A stretch of DNA of 32,000 nucleotides, taken from assembly GCF_900187275.1 (NCBI RefSeq), contig NZ_LT906458.1, positions 1,950,001 to 1,982,000 of the forward strand, written 5' to 3'. Numbering within the stretch: the stretch's first letter is position 1; the number at the start of each line of letters is the position of its first letter. A program made the position numbers and the translations under genes. This document shows positions 1-11,243 of this stretch, piece by piece. This DNA is from Pasteurella multocida (lineage in GTDB: Bacteria; Pseudomonadota; Gammaproteobacteria; Enterobacterales; Pasteurellaceae). The notes below the pieces were generated by a model that searched no databases, was not told the DNA's origin, and was given only the letters and a program-made list of their open reading frames with translations.

Positions 1-812
1 CGCAGATTTTTATTTTCCACAATCTTTTCTTTCTCCGATTGTAGAATCAGCACAGGAATCTCAATACGCGGCAAAATAGTCGGTAATTTTTTAATGGCAC
101 TAAAACATAAATGCACCCAACGGAAGGTCGGTCCCCCTAAATGAATATGCGGATACCGACGATTAATTCGATTCATCCAGCGCATACGAGTTCGACAACA
201 ACTTAAATCATTATTATCCAAATCCGCCGGTTGATAACGTCCTTTGCCAAACACATAGCGTGAACCCTGACCTAATAACATCATTAGATTAATAATGAGC
301 TCATCTCGGAAAGAATGTTTGAGAGGAATGCCATAAAATGGCGCAGAAAAGACCGCACTTTTCACCTGATGATCGTAATTGGCAAGGTAATAAGTACTAA
401 TCAATGCACCTAAGGAATGGGCGAGAATATGTTGATTTTCATAAGGATAAAGTGCGCTGATTTTCGCTAATAAAATTGCCATATCGTCCGCATAAAAACG
501 AAACTCATCAATATAACCTTTCTCATGATCTGGCAATAAACGCTGTGAATAGCCTTGCCCACGATGATCAAATACCAAAACGTCGTAGCCTTGTTGATAG
601 AAATCATAAGCCAGTTCAGTCCATTTCAATAAGTTTTCTGCACGTCCATTGACTAAAATCACCAAATTACGCTGTACGGGATTGTCTTGTACAAAATGCC
701 GATAGGTAATACGTACCCCTTTTTTCCCTTGTACGTCTTGCAACGGAAATTGTGCTGCAAAAGGATGTAATTCAGCCAAGGCAAAGTGAGTAAAATGGGG
801 TTCACGGATCAT
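1..812 (-). CDS. pldB: lysophospholipase L2 (alpha/beta hydrolase); N-terminal 270 codons only, C-terminus beyond the left window edge
   Basis: Absent from the ORF track because it runs off the window. My own minus-strand translation from the ATG (complement of 810-812) gives MIREPHFTHFALAELHPFAAQFPLQDVQGKKGVRITYRHFVQDNPVQRNLVILVNGRAENLLKWTELAYDFYQQGYDVLVFDHRGQGYSQRL...HILAHSLGALISTYY..., open to position 1. It is collinear with E. coli PldB as remembered (GR.E...ELAYD, DHRGQG.S.RL, lipase GxSxG box as HSLGA). Confidence 0.8.
   Translation of the reverse strand, partial: MIREPHFTHFALAELHPFAAQFPLQDVQGKKGVRITYRHFVQDNPVQRNLVILVNGRAENLLKWTELAYDFYQQGYDVLVFDHRGQGYSQRLLPDHEKGYIDEFRFYADDMAILLAKISALYPYENQHILAHSLGALISTYYLANYDHQVKSAVFSAPFYGIPLKHSFRDELIINLMMLLGQGSRYVFGKGRYQPADLDNNDLSCCRTRMRWMNRINRRYPHIHLGGPTFRWVHLCFSAIKKLPTILPRIEIPVLILQSEKEKIVENKNL
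352..360 (-). repeat. DNA uptake signal sequence core (Hin-type USS, ACCGCACTT on + strand)
   Basis: Exact 9-mer read in sequence, inside pldB coding sequence. Confidence 0.9.
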
Positions 813-907
813 AGCACTTACCAATTATTGAGAGTGGAGAGAGCATTATTCTAGCATAAAATCGGTTTACCGACTATGTGCCAGGCAGTTAGGATGAGGC
901 GTAGAAA

Positions 908-934
908 GGAAAAAAGCAGGCGTGTTGCCTGCTC
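908..934 (-). terminator. rho-independent terminator downstream of asd
   Basis: Minus-strand reading is AGCAGGC-AACAC-GCCTGCT followed by TTTTT. The stem is 915-921/927-933, 20 nt after the asd stop. Confidence 0.8.
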
Positions 935-953
935 TTTATGATAGGAAAGGGGA

Positions 954-2063
954 TTACGCCACAAGTTGTTTTAAAATACGGCGAAGTGGCTCAGCGGCAC
1001 CCCAGAGTAATTGGTCGCCCACTGTGAACGCGGCTAAATATTCCGGTCCCATTTTGAGTTTACGTAAACGACCAACGGGCACAGATAAAGTCCCTGTCAC
1101 TTTGGTTGGCGTCAGTTCACGTAAGGTCACGTCTTTTTCATTTGGGATCACTTTCACCCATTCATTGTGACTTGCAAGAATTTGTTCAATTTCTTCAAGT
1201 GGTAAATCTTTTTTCATTTTGATGGTGAAAGCTTGGCTGTGGCAACGCAATGCACCGATACGCACACATAAACCATCAACAGGAATTGGACTGTCGTCTA
1301 AGCCAAGAATTTTATTGGTTTCCGCATAGCCTTTCCATTCTTCTTTGGTTTGACCATCTTCCCAGAGTTTATCAATCCACGGAATTAAGCTCCCTGCCAG
1401 TGGTGCACCAAAGTTTTCAATCGGTAAATCACCGCGCATTTTTGCTGTTACTTTACGTTCAATGTCTAAAATGGAGGAGGCTGGATTATCTAAATCCACT
1501 TTCACGCTGTCTTCAAGTTGACCCATTTGTACCAATAATTCGCGCATGTTTTTCGCACCCGCACCACTTGCTGCTTGGTATGTTGCTACAGACACCCATT
1601 CTACTAAATCACGTTCAAATAAACCGCCTAACGCCATTAACATTAAACTCACAGTACAGTTACCGCCAACGTAGGTTTTAATGCCATTTTTTAAGCCTTC
1701 GCTGATGACATTTTGGTTCACTGGATCAAGCACGATAATCGCGTCTTTTTCCATGCGTAATGCGGACGCGGCATCAATCCAATATCCCTTCCAACCTGCT
1801 GCACGTAATTTCGGATACACCTCGTTGGTATAATCACCACCTTGACAGGTCACGATAATGTCTAATTTTTGTAATTCAGCGATATCAAAAGCATCTTTCA
1901 GCTCACCCGCTTGCTTGCCACCAAATACGGGGGCGTTTTGACCCGCTTGTGATGTGGTAAAAAACACAGGATTGATATTGGCAAAGTCATTTTCTTCTTG
2001 CATACGATCCATCAAGACGGACCCCACCATCCCACGCCAACCGATAAAACCAACGTTTTGCAT
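954..2063 (-). CDS. asd: aspartate-semialdehyde dehydrogenase
   Basis: 369-aa ORF with [21 protein letters not shown]...[17 protein letters not shown]...[15 protein letters not shown]...[18 protein letters not shown]. It is near-identical in pattern to gamma-proteobacterial Asd (active-site GGNC). Confidence 0.97.
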   Translation of the reverse strand: MQNVGFIGWRGMVGSVLMDRMQEENDFANINPVFFTTSQAGQNAPVFGGKQAGELKDAFDIAELQKLDIIVTCQGGDYTNEVYPKLRAAGWKGYWIDAASALRMEKDAIIVLDPVNQNVISEGLKNGIKTYVGGNCTVSLMLMALGGLFERDLVEWVSVATYQAASGAGAKNMRELLVQMGQLEDSVKVDLDNPASSILDIERKVTAKMRGDLPIENFGAPLAGSLIPWIDKLWEDGQTKEEWKGYAETNKILGLDDSPIPVDGLCVRIGALRCHSQAFTIKMKKDLPLEEIEQILASHNEWVKVIPNEKDVTLRELTPTKVTGTLSVPVGRLRKLKMGPEYLAAFTVGDQLLWGAAEPLRRILKQLVA

Positions 2064-2332
2064 AAAATTTTCCTTATCTAAAAATATGAATGATATTGTG
2101 TTTGAATAAAGCTAATTAATTACAAGATCGTTTCAATAAATGCAAGCCTTTTTATCTATAAAATAATCAAAGTTAATGATTTTTTGCTTTTTGTAAATAG
2201 CGCATTGATTTTTTTGAAGGATATTTAGTAAAAGTCGGGTAAACATCGTATTGCATACAATCAATGGATTTTTTGGGATGTTTTGTTTCTGCACCTGTCA
2301 GGGATGAGCGCTATCTTTAGTTGGATACACAT

Positions 2333-2370
2333 ATAAAAAATCTGCACATTAAACTATGTTAATGTGCAGA
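2333..2370 (-). terminator. rho-independent terminator downstream of tkt
   Basis: Perfect 12-bp stem TCTGCACATTAA (2341-2352) / TTAATGTGCAGA (2359-2370) with a 6-nt loop. On the minus strand it is followed by TTTTTT (complement of 2335-2340). Confidence 0.85.
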
Positions 2371-2394
2371 TTGTGTGTTGAGCTAAAAGACAGA

Positions 2395-4401
2395 TTAGAG
2401 AATTTCTTTGGCTTTCGCGACCACGTTTTCAACGGTGAAACCAAAGAGTTTGAACAATTGGTCAGCTGGTGCGGATTCACCAAAACTGTTCATCCCCACA
2501 ACACGTCCCTCAAAGCCCACATATTTGTACCAGAAGTCCGCAATACCCGCTTCAATCGCAACACGTTTTGTTATGTGGCTTGGTAACACGCTTTCACGGT
2601 AAGCCGCATCTTGTTTATCAAACACATTGGTGCTCGGCATAGAGACAACACGCACTTTTACCCCTTCTGCATCTAAAACATCCGCTGCTTTCATCGCCAA
2701 TTCCACCTCAGAACCGGTCGCAATCAAGATTAAATCTGGGCAAGTTTGGTTTTCACAGCAGTGACGTAATACATAACCACCACGTGCCACATTGGCTAAC
2801 TGCTCAGCAGTGCGGTCCATTTGCGCAAGATTTTGACGAGTAAAAATTAACGCACTAGGTCCCTCTTTACGTTCCACCGCCGCTTTCCACGCCACCGCCG
2901 ATTCCACTTGGTCACATGGACGCCATGTTTCCAAATTTGGAATTAAACGTAAAGCAGACGTTTGTTCAACCGGTTGGTGAGTTGGACCGTCTTCACCAAG
3001 CCCAATAGAGTCGTGGGTGTAAACAAATAATGAACGTTGTTTCATTAATGCCGCCATACGCACCGCATTGTGTGCATATTCCATAAACATCAAGAAAGTG
3101 GCACCATAAGGAATGAAACCACCATGTAACGCAATACCATTCATAATCGCCGACATACCAAACTCACGCACACCGTAGTTGATGTAGTTACCATCGGCAT
3201 TTTCTACTGCACGGATTGGTTTGGAACCTGACCAGAGGGTTAAGTTTGAGCTGGCTAAATCCGCTGACCCACCTAAAAACTCCGGTAATAATTTAGCATA
3301 GGCTTCAATTGCATTTTGTGACGCTTTACGGCTGGCAATGCTCGCCGGATTCGCTTGTAAATGTTCAATAAAGGCTTGTGATTCTGCCGCCCAGTTTGCC
3401 GGTAGCTCCGCATTCACACGACGGGTAAATTCCGCCGCTAATTCTGGGTAAGCTTTGGCATAAGCTGCCAATTTTTCTTCCCACGCTTTTTCAGCAACTT
3501 GACCTTTTTCTTTCGCATCCCACTGTGCATAAATCTCCGCAGGAATTTCAAACGGGGCATGCTCCCATTTTAAGAATTCACGTGCTGCCGCAATTTCATC
3601 ATCACCTAATGGAGCACCATGACAATCGTGTGAGTTGGCTTTATTCGGTGAACCATAACCGATAATGGTTTTACAAATAATGAGCGTTGGTTTGGTTGTC
3701 TCCGCTTGGGCTTGTTTCACCGCCTCAAGAATTTGTTCTGGATTATGACCATCTACCGCAGGAATCACATGCCAACCATAGGCCTCAAACCGTTTTTGCG
3801 TATCATCAGTGAACCAACCGTCCACATGACCATCAATTGAGATATTGTTGTCGTCATAGAAGGCAATTAGTTTACCTAACCCTAGAGTACCCGCTAAAGA
3901 ACAAGCTTCATGAGAAATCCCTTCCATTAAACAACCATCGCCTAAGAACACATAGGTGTGGTGGTCAACAATTTCATGACCTGGACGGTTAAATTGATGG
4001 GCAAGGGTTTTCTCCGCAATCGCAAAACCCACTGCGTTCGTAATCCCTTGACCTAATGGTCCTGTTGTGGTTTCAACACCCGGCGCATAACCATATTCTG
4101 GGTGTCCCGGTGTTTTGGAATGTAATTGACGGAATTGTTTTAAATCTTCAATAGAAAGGTCATAACCACTTAAATGTAATAAACTGTAAATCAGCATTGA
4201 ACCATGACCATTGGATAAAATGAAACGGTCGCGATCGGCCCAGTGTGGATTGCTTGGGTTATGTTTTAAAAAGTCACGCCATAAGACTTCTGCAATATCT
4301 GCCATCCCCATCGGTGCACCTGGATGCCCTGATTTTGCTTTTTGCACTGCATCCATACTTAAAAAACGAATGGCATTTGCCAGTTCTCTACGTGTTGCCA
4401 T
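2395..4401 (-). CDS. tktA: transketolase
   Basis: The ORF-track protein matches transketolase throughout ([47 protein letters not shown]). I place the start at the internal Met ([15 protein letters not shown] = complement of 4399-4401) because AGGAG lies 7 nt upstream. The 10 extra N-terminal codons in the track have no RBS. Confidence 0.96.
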   Translation of the reverse strand: MATRRELANAIRFLSMDAVQKAKSGHPGAPMGMADIAEVLWRDFLKHNPSNPHWADRDRFILSNGHGSMLIYSLLHLSGYDLSIEDLKQFRQLHSKTPGHPEYGYAPGVETTTGPLGQGITNAVGFAIAEKTLAHQFNRPGHEIVDHHTYVFLGDGCLMEGISHEACSLAGTLGLGKLIAFYDDNNISIDGHVDGWFTDDTQKRFEAYGWHVIPAVDGHNPEQILEAVKQAQAETTKPTLIICKTIIGYGSPNKANSHDCHGAPLGDDEIAAAREFLKWEHAPFEIPAEIYAQWDAKEKGQVAEKAWEEKLAAYAKAYPELAAEFTRRVNAELPANWAAESQAFIEHLQANPASIASRKASQNAIEAYAKLLPEFLGGSADLASSNLTLWSGSKPIRAVENADGNYINYGVREFGMSAIMNGIALHGGFIPYGATFLMFMEYAHNAVRMAALMKQRSLFVYTHDSIGLGEDGPTHQPVEQTSALRLIPNLETWRPCDQVESAVAWKAAVERKEGPSALIFTRQNLAQMDRTAEQLANVARGGYVLRHCCENQTCPDLILIATGSEVELAMKAADVLDAEGVKVRVVSMPSTNVFDKQDAAYRESVLPSHITKRVAIEAGIADFWYKYVGFEGRVVGMNSFGESAPADQLFKLFGFTVENVVAKAKEIL

Positions 4402-4572
4402 AGTGATTACTCCTAAGTAATTAAGACTCAAATTTGAGCAGTATTTTACGCTATTTTACTGCTAAAGGATAATGAATTTCTTGCTTGTCTATGAGGCTTG
4501 AAGATTCATTTTCTTTTTTTATTAAACACTCTATACTGTATTAAGTAACTTATATTCAATACAGGAAAAAAG

Positions 4573-5388
4573 ATGAAATATCAAGTCATTGCATTTGATC
4601 TTGATGGCACCTTATTAAATCGCCAAGGTCAAATTCTTCCCACCAGTAAAAAAATCATTCAGCATTGTCTGGATAAAGGGCTCAAGGTCATGCTCGTGAC
4701 CGGACGACACCACACTGCAGCATACCCTTATTATCATGAACTGAATTTAACCACGCCGATGATTTGTTGTAATGGGACTTATGTTTATCAACCACAAACC
4801 GATCAAGTACTCAGTGCAAACCCGCTTTCTTTATCGCAAGCGAAAACAGTAGTGCAACTGGCTGAAAAGTATGGGCTTCATTTACTCGTGTATTCGCGTG
4901 ATGCCATGAACTACGCTGTATTAAATGAGCACATGAGAAAATTTTCTCAATGGGTCCAACATTGTCCTCCTCACGTACGCCCGCATTTATGTCAGGTTTC
5001 AGATTTTCACGCGTTGCTGGATGATAAGGAAACTATCTGGAAATTCGTGATCAGTCATCCTGAACGTGACACAATGCTCAAGGCTGTCCAAGCACTTTCA
5101 CCAACGGAGTTTAGTTGCGAATGGTCTTGGGTTGATCGTGTTGATATCGCCAATGCAGGTAACACGAAAGGCGCAAGACTTTTAGAATTACTGAACTCCT
5201 GGCACATTGCACCTCAACATGTGATTGCGTTTGGGGATAATCATAACGATATCTCTATGTTAAGTGCAGTGGGGCTCGGTGTCGCAATGGGCAATGCTGA
5301 AAACGAGGTTAAACAACAGGCGGATTTGATCACGTTGAGCAATGATGAAGACGGAATCGCGTCTGTCCTTGCTACCGTTCTCGACTAA
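4573..5388 (+). CDS. Cof-type HAD-IIB family sugar-phosphate phosphatase
   Basis: 271 aa with HAD motif I FDLDGTLL at residues 8-15, motif GDNHNDISM near the C-terminus, and AGGA 8 nt upstream of the ATG. Substrate cannot be inferred. Confidence 0.8.
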   Translation: MKYQVIAFDLDGTLLNRQGQILPTSKKIIQHCLDKGLKVMLVTGRHHTAAYPYYHELNLTTPMICCNGTYVYQPQTDQVLSANPLSLSQAKTVVQLAEKYGLHLLVYSRDAMNYAVLNEHMRKFSQWVQHCPPHVRPHLCQVSDFHALLDDKETIWKFVISHPERDTMLKAVQALSPTEFSCEWSWVDRVDIANAGNTKGARLLELLNSWHIAPQHVIAFGDNHNDISMLSAVGLGVAMGNAENEVKQQADLITLSNDEDGIASVLATVLD

Positions 5389-5402
5389 TCACCTTTTAAG
5401 GA

Positions 5403-5438
5403 TAAAGAGCTAAAGTACCTCCTTTAGCTCTTTTGCTT
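5403..5438. terminator. bidirectional hairpin terminator between convergent HAD gene and sgbE
   Basis: 12-bp perfect stem AAAGAGCTAAAG (5405-5416) / CTTTAGCTCTTT (5423-5434) with T-rich ends on both strands. Confidence 0.6.
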
Positions 5439-5446
5439 AGCGCGTT

Positions 5447-6142
5447 TTATTGCCCGTAATACGCGTTTTTCCCATGTTTACGTAAGTAGTGTTTATCTAG
5501 CAATTCTTGCTGCATCGACGCTAAATTTGGACGCAGTTGACGACTAAATAAATTCATATAGCCAATCTCTTCCAGAACCACTGCATTATGTACGGCATTA
5601 TCAGGATCGGTACCCCAAGCAAAAGGACCATGAGAGTGCACTAATACTGCTGGTACATCTTTCGGATCGATTCCTCTCACACGGAATGTTTCCACAATCA
5701 CTTTGCCGGTTTCAAGCTCATATTCGCCTTGAATTTCGGCAGGGGTCATTTTACGTGTACAAGGAATTGAACCATAGAAATAATCAGCATGAGTCGTCCC
5801 CGCCGCAATCAAATCTTCACCGGCTTGCGCCCAAATCGTAGCGTGGCGTGAGTGAGTATGAACAATCCCGCCTAAGCTTGGAAATTGACGATAAAGTTCT
5901 AAATGGGTCGCGGTATCTGAGGAAGGTTTTTTGTTGCCTTCCACCACTTGCCCTGTAAAGAGGTCAACTACTACCATATCCTCCACTGTCATGGTGTCAT
6001 ACTCTACGCCGGAGGGCTTAATCACAACTAAATTTTTTTCTCTGTCGATGCCACTCACGTTACCCCAAGTAAATGTCACTAACTTGTATTTGGGTAATGC
6101 CAAATTGGCTTCAAACACTTTTTGTTTCAATTCTTCTAACAT
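5447..6142 (-). CDS. sgbE: L-ribulose-5-phosphate 4-epimerase
   Basis: Matches the AraD/SgbE/UlaF family ([39 protein letters not shown]). The start is set at MLEELKQ (ATG = complement of 6140-6142), which aligns with the E. coli SgbE N-terminus MLEQLK. It overlaps the sgbU stop by 7 nt. The sgb assignment rests on operon context with yiaK. Confidence 0.9.
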   Translation of the reverse strand: MLEELKQKVFEANLALPKYKLVTFTWGNVSGIDREKNLVVIKPSGVEYDTMTVEDMVVVDLFTGQVVEGNKKPSSDTATHLELYRQFPSLGGIVHTHSRHATIWAQAGEDLIAAGTTHADYFYGSIPCTRKMTPAEIQGEYELETGKVIVETFRVRGIDPKDVPAVLVHSHGPFAWGTDPDNAVHNAVVLEEIGYMNLFSRQLRPNLASMQQELLDKHYLRKHGKNAYYGQ

Positions 6143-6996
6143 TGGAAACCACCTTCTTTCATTTTTTGTTCGATCCAACGACGTGCGTTGATAATTTCAG
6201 CAATGGGTTCTTCCGCTTTTTCCGTCCACATTTCAATTAAAAAAGCACCACGGTAATTTAACGCGGCTAGTGTTTTAAAACATTGCGCAAAATCAACACA
6301 GCCTTCACCAAATGGCACATCACGGAATTGCCCTTGACAGGTTTCTGTTACTTTATAGGTGTCTTTTAAATGGATCGCCGAAATTTTGTCGATACCTAAT
6401 TTCAGTTCTTCTGCAACATTATCATTCCACGCCGACAGATTGCCTAAATCAGGGTAAACGGTAAACCACGGGGAGCGAATTAACTCATCCCATTTTTTCC
6501 AACGGCTAATCGAACTCATGAATTTTGTGTCCATAATTTCGACCGCAAGGGTGACTTGATTGCTAGCGGCAAGTGCTACCGCCCATTCCATCCCTTGTTG
6601 AAAACGAGCAATCGTTCCTTCATCTTGTTCTTCATAGTACACATCGTAACCTGCGATTTGAATAGTACGAATACCTAAATCAACAGCAAGTTGGATGGCT
6701 TTTTCCATCACTTCATAAGCTTTTTGGCGCGTGGTTTCATCTCGGCTACCAAATGGGAAGCGACGATGAGCCGATAAGCACATGGAAGGAATCGTGATGC
6801 CTGTTGAAATAATGGCTTTTGCTAATTTAATGCGCTCTTTTTTTGTCCAATCTAAGCGTGCAAGTCGTTCATCAGTTTCATCAATGGAAATTTCAACAAA
6901 GTCAAAGCCACAGGCTTTGGCAATGGAGAGACGATCTTGCCAGCTTATATTTTTAGGGAGGGCTTTTTCATAAATCCCTATTTTATGTTTTCTCAC
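6136..6996 (-). CDS. sgbU: L-xylulose-5-phosphate 3-epimerase
   Basis: 286 aa, [15 protein letters not shown]...[13 protein letters not shown]...AGYDVYYEE...IHLKDT...FLIEMW. It is collinear with E. coli SgbU/UlaE as remembered. Confidence 0.9.
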   Translation of the reverse strand: MRKHKIGIYEKALPKNISWQDRLSIAKACGFDFVEISIDETDERLARLDWTKKERIKLAKAIISTGITIPSMCLSAHRRFPFGSRDETTRQKAYEVMEKAIQLAVDLGIRTIQIAGYDVYYEEQDEGTIARFQQGMEWAVALAASNQVTLAVEIMDTKFMSSISRWKKWDELIRSPWFTVYPDLGNLSAWNDNVAEELKLGIDKISAIHLKDTYKVTETCQGQFRDVPFGEGCVDFAQCFKTLAALNYRGAFLIEMWTEKAEEPIAEIINARRWIEQKMKEGGFQC

Positions 6997-7020
6997 TATT
7001 TGCTCCGTATTTCTGTATTA

Positions 7021-7665
7021 TCACCAATATTTATTAATTTCTGACCGCACTTTTTCTGCAGTTAATTTGCCCGCTTCACCCGTAAAGGCTCTGCCAGCAA
7101 TGAAGGCTTTAGCATTGATTTCTTTAAATAAATGAATATCTTCAGGGATAATGCCGCCTGTAATAGAAAGCGCCAGACCGATATCGGACAGTTTTTTCAT
7201 CGTGTTCAGATCGTCTTCGCTCCAACCTTTGCCTGCTGCTTCCGCATCGCGTGAACGATGATAAATGGCTTGTGTGATGCCTAAATCCACCCACGCTTTT
7301 GCATCGTCAAATGTCCAGTTACCATAGATTTCAATTTGAATCTCTTTGTTGTAACTATCCGCAATTTTTTTACAGCTCGCAATAGTGGCAATGTGAGCCG
7401 CGGCAGAAACGGTGAGCCAGTCTGTTCCTGCCTTGAATGCCATTTCCGCTAAAATTGCTCCTGCATCAGTGGTTTTCATATCACAGACTAAAATGTGATC
7501 TGGGTGCAAGGCGCGCAATGTACGGACTGCGCGCATTCCTTCTGCAAAGGCAAGAATGGTGCCGACTTCAATAATATCGACAGAATCAGCCGCATTTTTT
7601 GCGGTGACAACCGCGCTTTCTAAATCAAGCGAATCTAGTGCAAGTTGAATAAGTGGTTTTGCCAT
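7021..7665 (-). CDS. sgbH: 3-keto-L-gulonate-6-phosphate decarboxylase
   Basis: OMP-decarboxylase-like KGPDC family (LIQLALD, DIIEVGT, CDMKTTDAG, FIAGRA). The start is set at MAKPLIQLALD (ATG = complement of 7663-7665) with GAGGAA upstream. The track's 6 extra codons are unlikely. Confidence 0.9.
   Translation of the reverse strand: MAKPLIQLALDSLDLESAVVTAKNAADSVDIIEVGTILAFAEGMRAVRTLRALHPDHILVCDMKTTDAGAILAEMAFKAGTDWLTVSAAAHIATIASCKKIADSYNKEIQIEIYGNWTFDDAKAWVDLGITQAIYHRSRDAEAAGKGWSEDDLNTMKKLSDIGLALSITGGIIPEDIHLFKEINAKAFIAGRAFTGEAGKLTAEKVRSEINKYW
7044..7052 (-). repeat. USS core (ACCGCACTT)
   Basis: Exact 9-mer, inside the 3' end of sgbH. Confidence 0.9.
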
Positions 7666-7683
7666 ATTGTTCCTCATTATCAA

Positions 7684-9135
7684 TTAAAGCATTGCTTTTA
7701 AGGCAGTAGTAAGTTGTTGATAGCGTTGATATTTAGCTTGGTAAGCTGCAAAATAAGCCGGATTCGGTTCCACATGCAGCATAGATTGTGCTTGAAAGAC
7801 ATCTGCTGATTCATTTGCCCCTTGCATTGCCATTAATGCCGCCCCTAAGCAGCCGGTTTCTTCGATTTGTGGAATTTCTAATCGCATTCCTGTGAAATCA
7901 GCCAACATTTGTAACCAAATAGGGGATTGGGTTGGTCCGCCTGTGACACGCAACAGGTTTGCTTGTGGGAAGCGTTTTCGCATGCGCTCTAAATGATGCA
8001 TTAAACTGAACAGGACCCCTTCGTAAATGGCTTGGAGTAGATGTGCTTGGGTATGGTGAGCTTGCATACCATAGAAACAAGCTTGCATACCTAGTCCTGC
8101 ATTGGAACCGTATAAGAATGGCACAAATAAGACAGAGCTTGAGGCAGGTTCGAGGGATGCAACATGCTGATTAATGTGTGCATAATCCAAATGCCACTGT
8201 TTGACGAACCATTCTAAATTTCCTGCGGAAGTCGGGCTGGCTTCATGGACAATGAATTTGCCAGCTTCCGCATAACATCCATAAACAAAAGGCAGTGTTT
8301 GTTGCTGATCGATATGTTGAGTCACCCCACTCACCACCGACCAAGTGCCCAATACAGCATTCAGTTTGGTTTCATCATCCAGACCGGCACAAAGTGCGGT
8401 TGATACCACATCAAAAAGACCACCGACGACAGCGGTTCCTACAGCCAATCCGGTGAGTTCAGCTGCTTTGGGCGTGACATATCCCGCAATTTGGTTAGCC
8501 GCGATAACCGGTGGGAGCTTCGCAATAATGCCTTCTAACCCGAGCAGCTCGGCAAGTTTGGGATCGTATTGACCGCTATGAATATTGTAGAGATTTGATT
8601 CAGATATATTGGTTTCTTCACAGTGTAGCTCACCAGTTAAACAAAAACGCAAGTAATCATGTGACATCAGAATTGAACCAATTCGTTGATAACGCTCCGG
8701 CTCATGTTCTTTTAACCAACGTAATATAGAAACAGGATGACCTGTCCAGAGCGTTTGTCGTGTATGTGGATATAATTGCTCAGGGATCCCTTGTTCTTGC
8801 CATTGTTTGACAAGCGTTAACGCACGCTGATCGGAAGATAAAATTCCTCGACCAAGCGGTTTATTTTCTTGATCTAATAGGAAAGCCCCTTTGCCCTGTG
8901 CAGAGATTCCTATCCCTTTAATATGTTGAGGGGAAACTTGGCTACGCTCAATCGTTTGACGAATGACACGAGCAAAAATTTGCCATAACTCATCCATATC
9001 ACGTTCAGCATAGCCCGCTTGTTCACTGATGACTTGCACATTTTCACGGACACAACTAAACATTTTTCCCGTTTTATCAAAGAGTGCTGCTTTGATAAAC
9101 GTCCCCCCACAGTCTATGCCTAAGTAATAATTCAC
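7684..9135 (-). CDS. lyxK: L-xylulose / 3-keto-L-gulonate kinase (FGGY carbohydrate kinase)
   Basis: 483 aa with an FGGY N-terminus (MNYYLGIDCGGTFIKAALFD) and a C-terminal FGGY domain (RVTGGPTQSPIWLQMLADFTG). Its position between the transport genes and sgbH is as in E. coli yiaK-S. Confidence 0.85.
   Translation of the reverse strand: MNYYLGIDCGGTFIKAALFDKTGKMFSCVRENVQVISEQAGYAERDMDELWQIFARVIRQTIERSQVSPQHIKGIGISAQGKGAFLLDQENKPLGRGILSSDQRALTLVKQWQEQGIPEQLYPHTRQTLWTGHPVSILRWLKEHEPERYQRIGSILMSHDYLRFCLTGELHCEETNISESNLYNIHSGQYDPKLAELLGLEGIIAKLPPVIAANQIAGYVTPKAAELTGLAVGTAVVGGLFDVVSTALCAGLDDETKLNAVLGTWSVVSGVTQHIDQQQTLPFVYGCYAEAGKFIVHEASPTSAGNLEWFVKQWHLDYAHINQHVASLEPASSSVLFVPFLYGSNAGLGMQACFYGMQAHHTQAHLLQAIYEGVLFSLMHHLERMRKRFPQANLLRVTGGPTQSPIWLQMLADFTGMRLEIPQIEETGCLGAALMAMQGANESADVFQAQSMLHVEPNPAYFAAYQAKYQRYQQLTTALKAML
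8392..8400 (+). repeat. USS core (AAGTGCGGT)
   Basis: Exact 9-mer, inside lyxK. Confidence 0.9.
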
Positions 9136-9144
9136 AGTCCATCC

Positions 9145-10032
9145 TTAATAACAAGTTAACCGATAAAGACTATTTGTCGCTGTAATGAATAAGGTTTTTT
9201 GGTCGGCACCAAATGTACAATTTGAGGTGGTTTTATCTAGGAGGACACGTCCTAAAAGGGTGCCATCCATTAATAAAATGACCAATCCCGTTTCACAGCT
9301 ACAATAAATCACATTCTGTTGATCAATACAAAAACCATCGGGAATCCCCGGTGAGATTTCTGCAATGATGCGTCTATTTTCAAGTTGTTTACCCACCACA
9401 TCAAACGCAACAAGATGGTGTAAACCTGATTTTTCAAACTCGACGGCAGACATGTCTGCGACAATCAATTGCGATTCATCGGCAGAAAAGGCCAAACCAT
9501 TTGGGCGCATAACATGAAAGCTTGCCACATGTAGCGCTGTTGTGGCTGGGTCATAGCAATAAACATAACAACCGATGATTTCACTGGCGGCTTTTTTCCC
9601 TTCCGCATCACTTAAAATACCATAGGGGGGATCGGTAAACCAGATTGTACCATCGGATTTCACCACCACGTCATTCGGTGAATTAAGTTGCTTTTGCTCG
9701 AGTTTATCGACCAGTAACCGACGATGACCTTGTTTATCTGTCAAGCTAATGCCACGCATTTCATGTTCACAAGTAATTAGGTTGCCCATCGCATCGACGG
9801 TATTCCCGTTCGCAAAATAGGAGGGAGAACGAAAAATTTGTGTTCCCTCGTTTGCTGTCCAGCGGTACATCGTATTGCCTTTGACATCACTAAAAATCAC
9901 CGCATTTTCTTCCGCTAACCAGACCGGTCCTTCAGCCCAAATAGCCTGATCAAACAGTTCTTCAATGTGTAAATTTGAGCCAACGAAGTCGTAGAAACGT
10001 GGATCATAAATTTCAATTTTTGCGGGTAACAT
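9145..10032 (-). CDS. SMP-30/gluconolactonase/LRE-family beta-propeller protein (putative sugar lactonase), cytoplasmic
   Basis: 295 aa with family-typical strings NSPNDVVVKSDGTIWFTDPPYG, RPNGLAFSADESQLIVAD and PDGFCIDQQN. No signal peptide. Its stop lies 9 nt from the lyxK start. Confidence 0.8.
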   Translation of the reverse strand: MLPAKIEIYDPRFYDFVGSNLHIEELFDQAIWAEGPVWLAEENAVIFSDVKGNTMYRWTANEGTQIFRSPSYFANGNTVDAMGNLITCEHEMRGISLTDKQGHRRLLVDKLEQKQLNSPNDVVVKSDGTIWFTDPPYGILSDAEGKKAASEIIGCYVYCYDPATTALHVASFHVMRPNGLAFSADESQLIVADMSAVEFEKSGLHHLVAFDVVGKQLENRRIIAEISPGIPDGFCIDQQNVIYCSCETGLVILLMDGTLLGRVLLDKTTSNCTFGADQKTLFITATNSLYRLTCY

Positions 10033-10050
10033 AAGCTCTCCTTATGAGGA

Positions 10051-10059
10051 AAGTGCGGT
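10051..10059 (+). repeat. USS core (AAGTGCGGT), 5' half of an intergenic hairpin
   Basis: Exact 9-mer. GCGGTCGT (10055-10062) pairs with ACGACCGC (10078-10085). Confidence 0.9.
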
Positions 10060-10094
10060 CGTTTTTTACAAATTTTCACGACCGCCATGACGAA

Positions 10095-11204
10095 TTACTT
10101 CACATCCCAAATGCGTTTATAAGCATCTTTATAACCATTTTGTGGGTCGTAAAGATTTTTCTCACCACCGTCAAATGCCACGTTGTCTTTAATGACGAGG
10201 TGGGCTGGGGTGATATAACCAGACGGTTTCTCTTTGGCAAAGGCGCGATTTAGCTCATCGACAAGCTGCCAGCCATGTAAATTTAACGGTTCTGGTACGG
10301 TTGCAAATTGATGATTGTTGGTACGAATACGTTGGTAAGCGGTCACCGAACCGTCGCCAGCCGAAATGTTATAAGGCATCTCGCCTTTATTAGCAGAACG
10401 TAATGATGGCGCCATGAAATCAAAATAGAGGTCGTTGATCGCTAAGGTGTATTGCAGATCATCGCCATATTTTTGCAATAAGCTAAAGGTCAAGCTCGGC
10501 ATACGGCTTGAGGTGTCTGCCAATGGTGTATCAATAAATTCCAATACTTTACATTCTTTGCATTGCTCAATGACGTCTTTCATCACATTTGCTTTGCGTA
10601 ACGCGATTTCATATAACGAGTCGGTCAGAATAACCACTTTGGCTTTCCCATCTGAATTTGCGACCGCAAGTTGTGCAGAGAGTTTAGCAATCTGGTCGGA
10701 GTCTGATGTCACATTGTAGAAAATATTATATTTATCAATTGGACCTGGTTCTGGTGTCGCATGCCAAGCAACAAGAGTAATTCCATTTTTATTGGCTTTG
10801 CCTAAAGGAATTTTTGCCACATTAGGGTTCCAACCGCCAATCACAATCGCATCAGGTTTACGTGCGATCGCTTGGTTTAAGGCAGAAAGTTGGTTGTTCA
10901 CAGAACCCGCCCCATCAAGCACATCAAATTTCCAACCCGCGACCGCAGTGGCTTCTTTCATGCCATCAATCACGCCAAGTACACCGCCATTTTTCATGTC
11001 GGAAGCAACAAAAATCACATTTTTACTTGGTTGTAATTTAGGTCCAGTGGTAGGTCCGTCCCAGACCGTTTGTTGTGCCGTTGCGGCAGCGACATGTTGT
11101 TTGGCTTCTGCCACAAAAGGATCGTTAGCGAGCGCTTGCGTCGCAAAAGAGAGTGTGACTAACGCGGCGAGTGCGCTTAAACCACGATGAAATTGCTGTT
11201 TCAT
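10095..11204 (-). CDS. periplasmic sugar-type ABC substrate-binding protein (PBP1 family)
   Basis: 369 aa with the signal peptide MKQQFHRGLSALAALVTLSFATQALA. It is adjacent to an RbsC-like permease and an RbsA-like ATPase. Ligand unknown. Confidence 0.8.
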   Translation of the reverse strand: MKQQFHRGLSALAALVTLSFATQALANDPFVAEAKQHVAAATAQQTVWDGPTTGPKLQPSKNVIFVASDMKNGGVLGVIDGMKEATAVAGWKFDVLDGAGSVNNQLSALNQAIARKPDAIVIGGWNPNVAKIPLGKANKNGITLVAWHATPEPGPIDKYNIFYNVTSDSDQIAKLSAQLAVANSDGKAKVVILTDSLYEIALRKANVMKDVIEQCKECKVLEFIDTPLADTSSRMPSLTFSLLQKYGDDLQYTLAINDLYFDFMAPSLRSANKGEMPYNISAGDGSVTAYQRIRTNNHQFATVPEPLNLHGWQLVDELNRAFAKEKPSGYITPAHLVIKDNVAFDGGEKNLYDPQNGYKDAYKRIWDVK

Positions 11205-11243
11205 AAAGTTCTCCTCAGTATTAGATGAGTATCAACAACAAAG

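Noticed and set aside
4402-4431. N-terminal extensions in the ORF track: tkt 10 codons, sgbE 12, sgbH 6, thiD 27, tenA 11, ABC ATPase 10, yrdD 4 from a TTG
   Set aside because: In each case an internal ATG has a good Shine-Dalgarno and aligns with the known N-terminus of the family. The extended versions overlap upstream genes or lack an RBS.
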